Shown one piece after another: positions 25,635 through 26,693 of a stretch of DNA of 26,693 nucleotides. The stretch is taken from the NCBI GenBank assembly GCA_043754515.1, contig JAYUUO010000239.1, positions 1 to 26,693 of the forward strand, given 5' to 3'. Both the position numbers and the translations under genes were made by a program. A model generated the notes under the pieces. That model saw only the letters and a program-made list of their open reading frames with translations, was not told the DNA's origin and ran no database searches. The stretch comes from Armatimonadota bacterium. GTDB lineage: Bacteria; Armatimonadota; Armatimonadia; Armatimonadales; Armatimonadaceae. Numbering within the stretch: the first letter of the stretch is position 1; each line of letters begins with the position of its first letter.

Positions 25635-26264
25635 GTGTTCGTCGCCAGAGGAAAGAAGATGCCATTGAAACTCATCGCTAAAAAGAAGGCTGCCAGCGCA
25701 AGGGTGTCAGGCACCACCGCGTTCGTTGGCAGGATTCCGGGTCAGACTCGCGCCAGCGCGACAGCAGTGATGATGTCAACGGCTCCTGCTCATCGCGCGA
25801 CACCGTTTCATGGTGAGATACAGGCTGGTGCTCCCGTGTCTGCTAGCCTCCGTACTGTCGAGATGACGAAGACTCCTTCCACCCCGACCGTTTCCGAGCG
25901 GTTTCCCGTCGTGAGCAGGCTCGCCATTCTTGCGGGCTATCCGGTTGAACGTCTCCCACGAACCGCCGCCGACTACGATGCGAAAGCGAAGCGATCTCTT
26001 ATGAACGCGTCCGCAGAGCGCGATCGCTTGCGACGTTCCTGTAAAACTCAAGTAGGACTTGCGGGTGTCCTCAAGTTGCCGCTAGGCACCGCGAGAGCGT
26101 GGTACGTAAGCGAATTAAACAAAAATTTAAAATCTTTAGGTATCGAAAAGTACGATAAAGCCGCGACCGATATCGCGCGTCGCAGAAAAATGATCGACAA
26201 AATCATCGCCCAGCCAATCGCGGGCTACTTCAGATTTCTGGAAATTGCGCGTCGTCTCGATTAG
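25635..26264 (+). CDS. Hypothetical protein, probably truncated or fused at ~26173
   Basis: TACAAT (25601) and TATAAT (25609) -10 boxes and an AGGAAGG RBS precede GTG 25635. The last ~30 codons are antisense to the glutamine synthetase fragment. Confidence 0.5.
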   Translation: MFVARGKKMPLKLIAKKKAASARVSGTTAFVGRIPGQTRASATAVMMSTAPAHRATPFHGEIQAGAPVSASLRTVEMTKTPSTPTVSERFPVVSRLAILAGYPVERLPRTAADYDAKAKRSLMNASAERDRLRRSCKTQVGLAGVLKLPLGTARAWYVSELNKNLKSLGIEKYDKAATDIARRRKMIDKIIAQPIAGYFRFLEIARRLD

Positions 26265-26693
26265 CGTGCGCGGCGCGCGCGGAATTTTTTCCGAGCCCTG
26301 ATTGGTACCGGTGATTGGCGGTGCGGTGAGTCTCAGCCCTTTCTCGATACCGTGCAGCCCTGCTGCCAGGACGGCGGCCATCGCCAGATATGGATTTACG
26401 TCAGCACCCGGACAACGCGTCTCCAGCCTGGTTGCCTTCGGACTGCCTGCGATCACACGAAAACTCGCCGTACGGTTATCCAGCCCCCAAGTCGGTTTGA
26501 CTGGCGCCCAGAAACCATCGACCAGTCGCTTGTAGCTATTGATGGTGGGCCAGATCATTGGTCCGAATTCCATCAGGCACGCCACCTGCCCGGCAAGGTA
26601 GCTTTCAAACATTTTGCTCATTGAGCGGCCGCTTTTTGCATCGTAGAAAAGATTGTTCTTTCCGTCGGACATGCTCTGATGGATATGCCCACT
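26136..26693 (-). CDS. Glutamine synthetase-family protein, partial (5' end off the window, C-terminus truncated at ~26173)
   Basis: SGHIHQS, PTINSYKRL...WAP, WG.DNRT, RLETRCPGADVNPYL and LGDDFVDHF.ATR. The sequence then breaks into DIGRGFIVLFDT* instead of the usual terminal helix. Confidence 0.88.
   Translation of the reverse strand, partial: SGHIHQSMSDGKNNLFYDAKSGRSMSKMFESYLAGQVACLMEFGPMIWPTINSYKRLVDGFWAPVKPTWGLDNRTASFRVIAGSPKATRLETRCPGADVNPYLAMAAVLAAGLHGIEKGLRLTAPPITGTNQGSEKIPRAPRTLIETTRNFQKSEVARDWLGDDFVDHFSATRDIGRGFIVLFDT

Overview
GC-rich bacterial chromosomal segment. Gene content and style suggest a Terrabacteria lineage such as Armatimonadota (inference only). It is mostly housekeeping: leuD, dapF-hfq-miaA-purA (all minus strand), PolX-PHP, an aldo/keto reductase, a pilC/prepilin peptidase/DUF4139-like block, a GT4 glycosyltransferase, an esterase, an mtlD-like dehydrogenase, metG and a DinB-family gene. 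Features the ORF track misses: (i) a ~160-nt rod-shaped RNA candidate resembling 6S RNA (1730-1888); (ii) a ~110-bp REPIN-like inverted-repeat element upstream of purA; (iii) three disrupted accessory genes, namely a frameshifted membrane protein, an amber-interrupted gene and a ParE-like toxin pseudogene next to a probable antitoxin; (iv) a recurring leaderless promoter layout, TAnnnT-N6-ATG; (v) ECF-type promoter motifs in the pilus block; (vi) non-canonical catalytic motifs in PolX (DIY) and MetRS (HIGT/KGAKS); (vii) a prepilin peptidase with a ~220-aa insert containing an internal repeat; (viii) an abrupt junction at ~26173 into a truncated, lower-GC glutamine synthetase-family gene, possibly an assembly chimera. 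No CRISPR array, tRNA, rRNA, transposase or integrase was seen, and no complete novel multi-gene system can be claimed with confidence.
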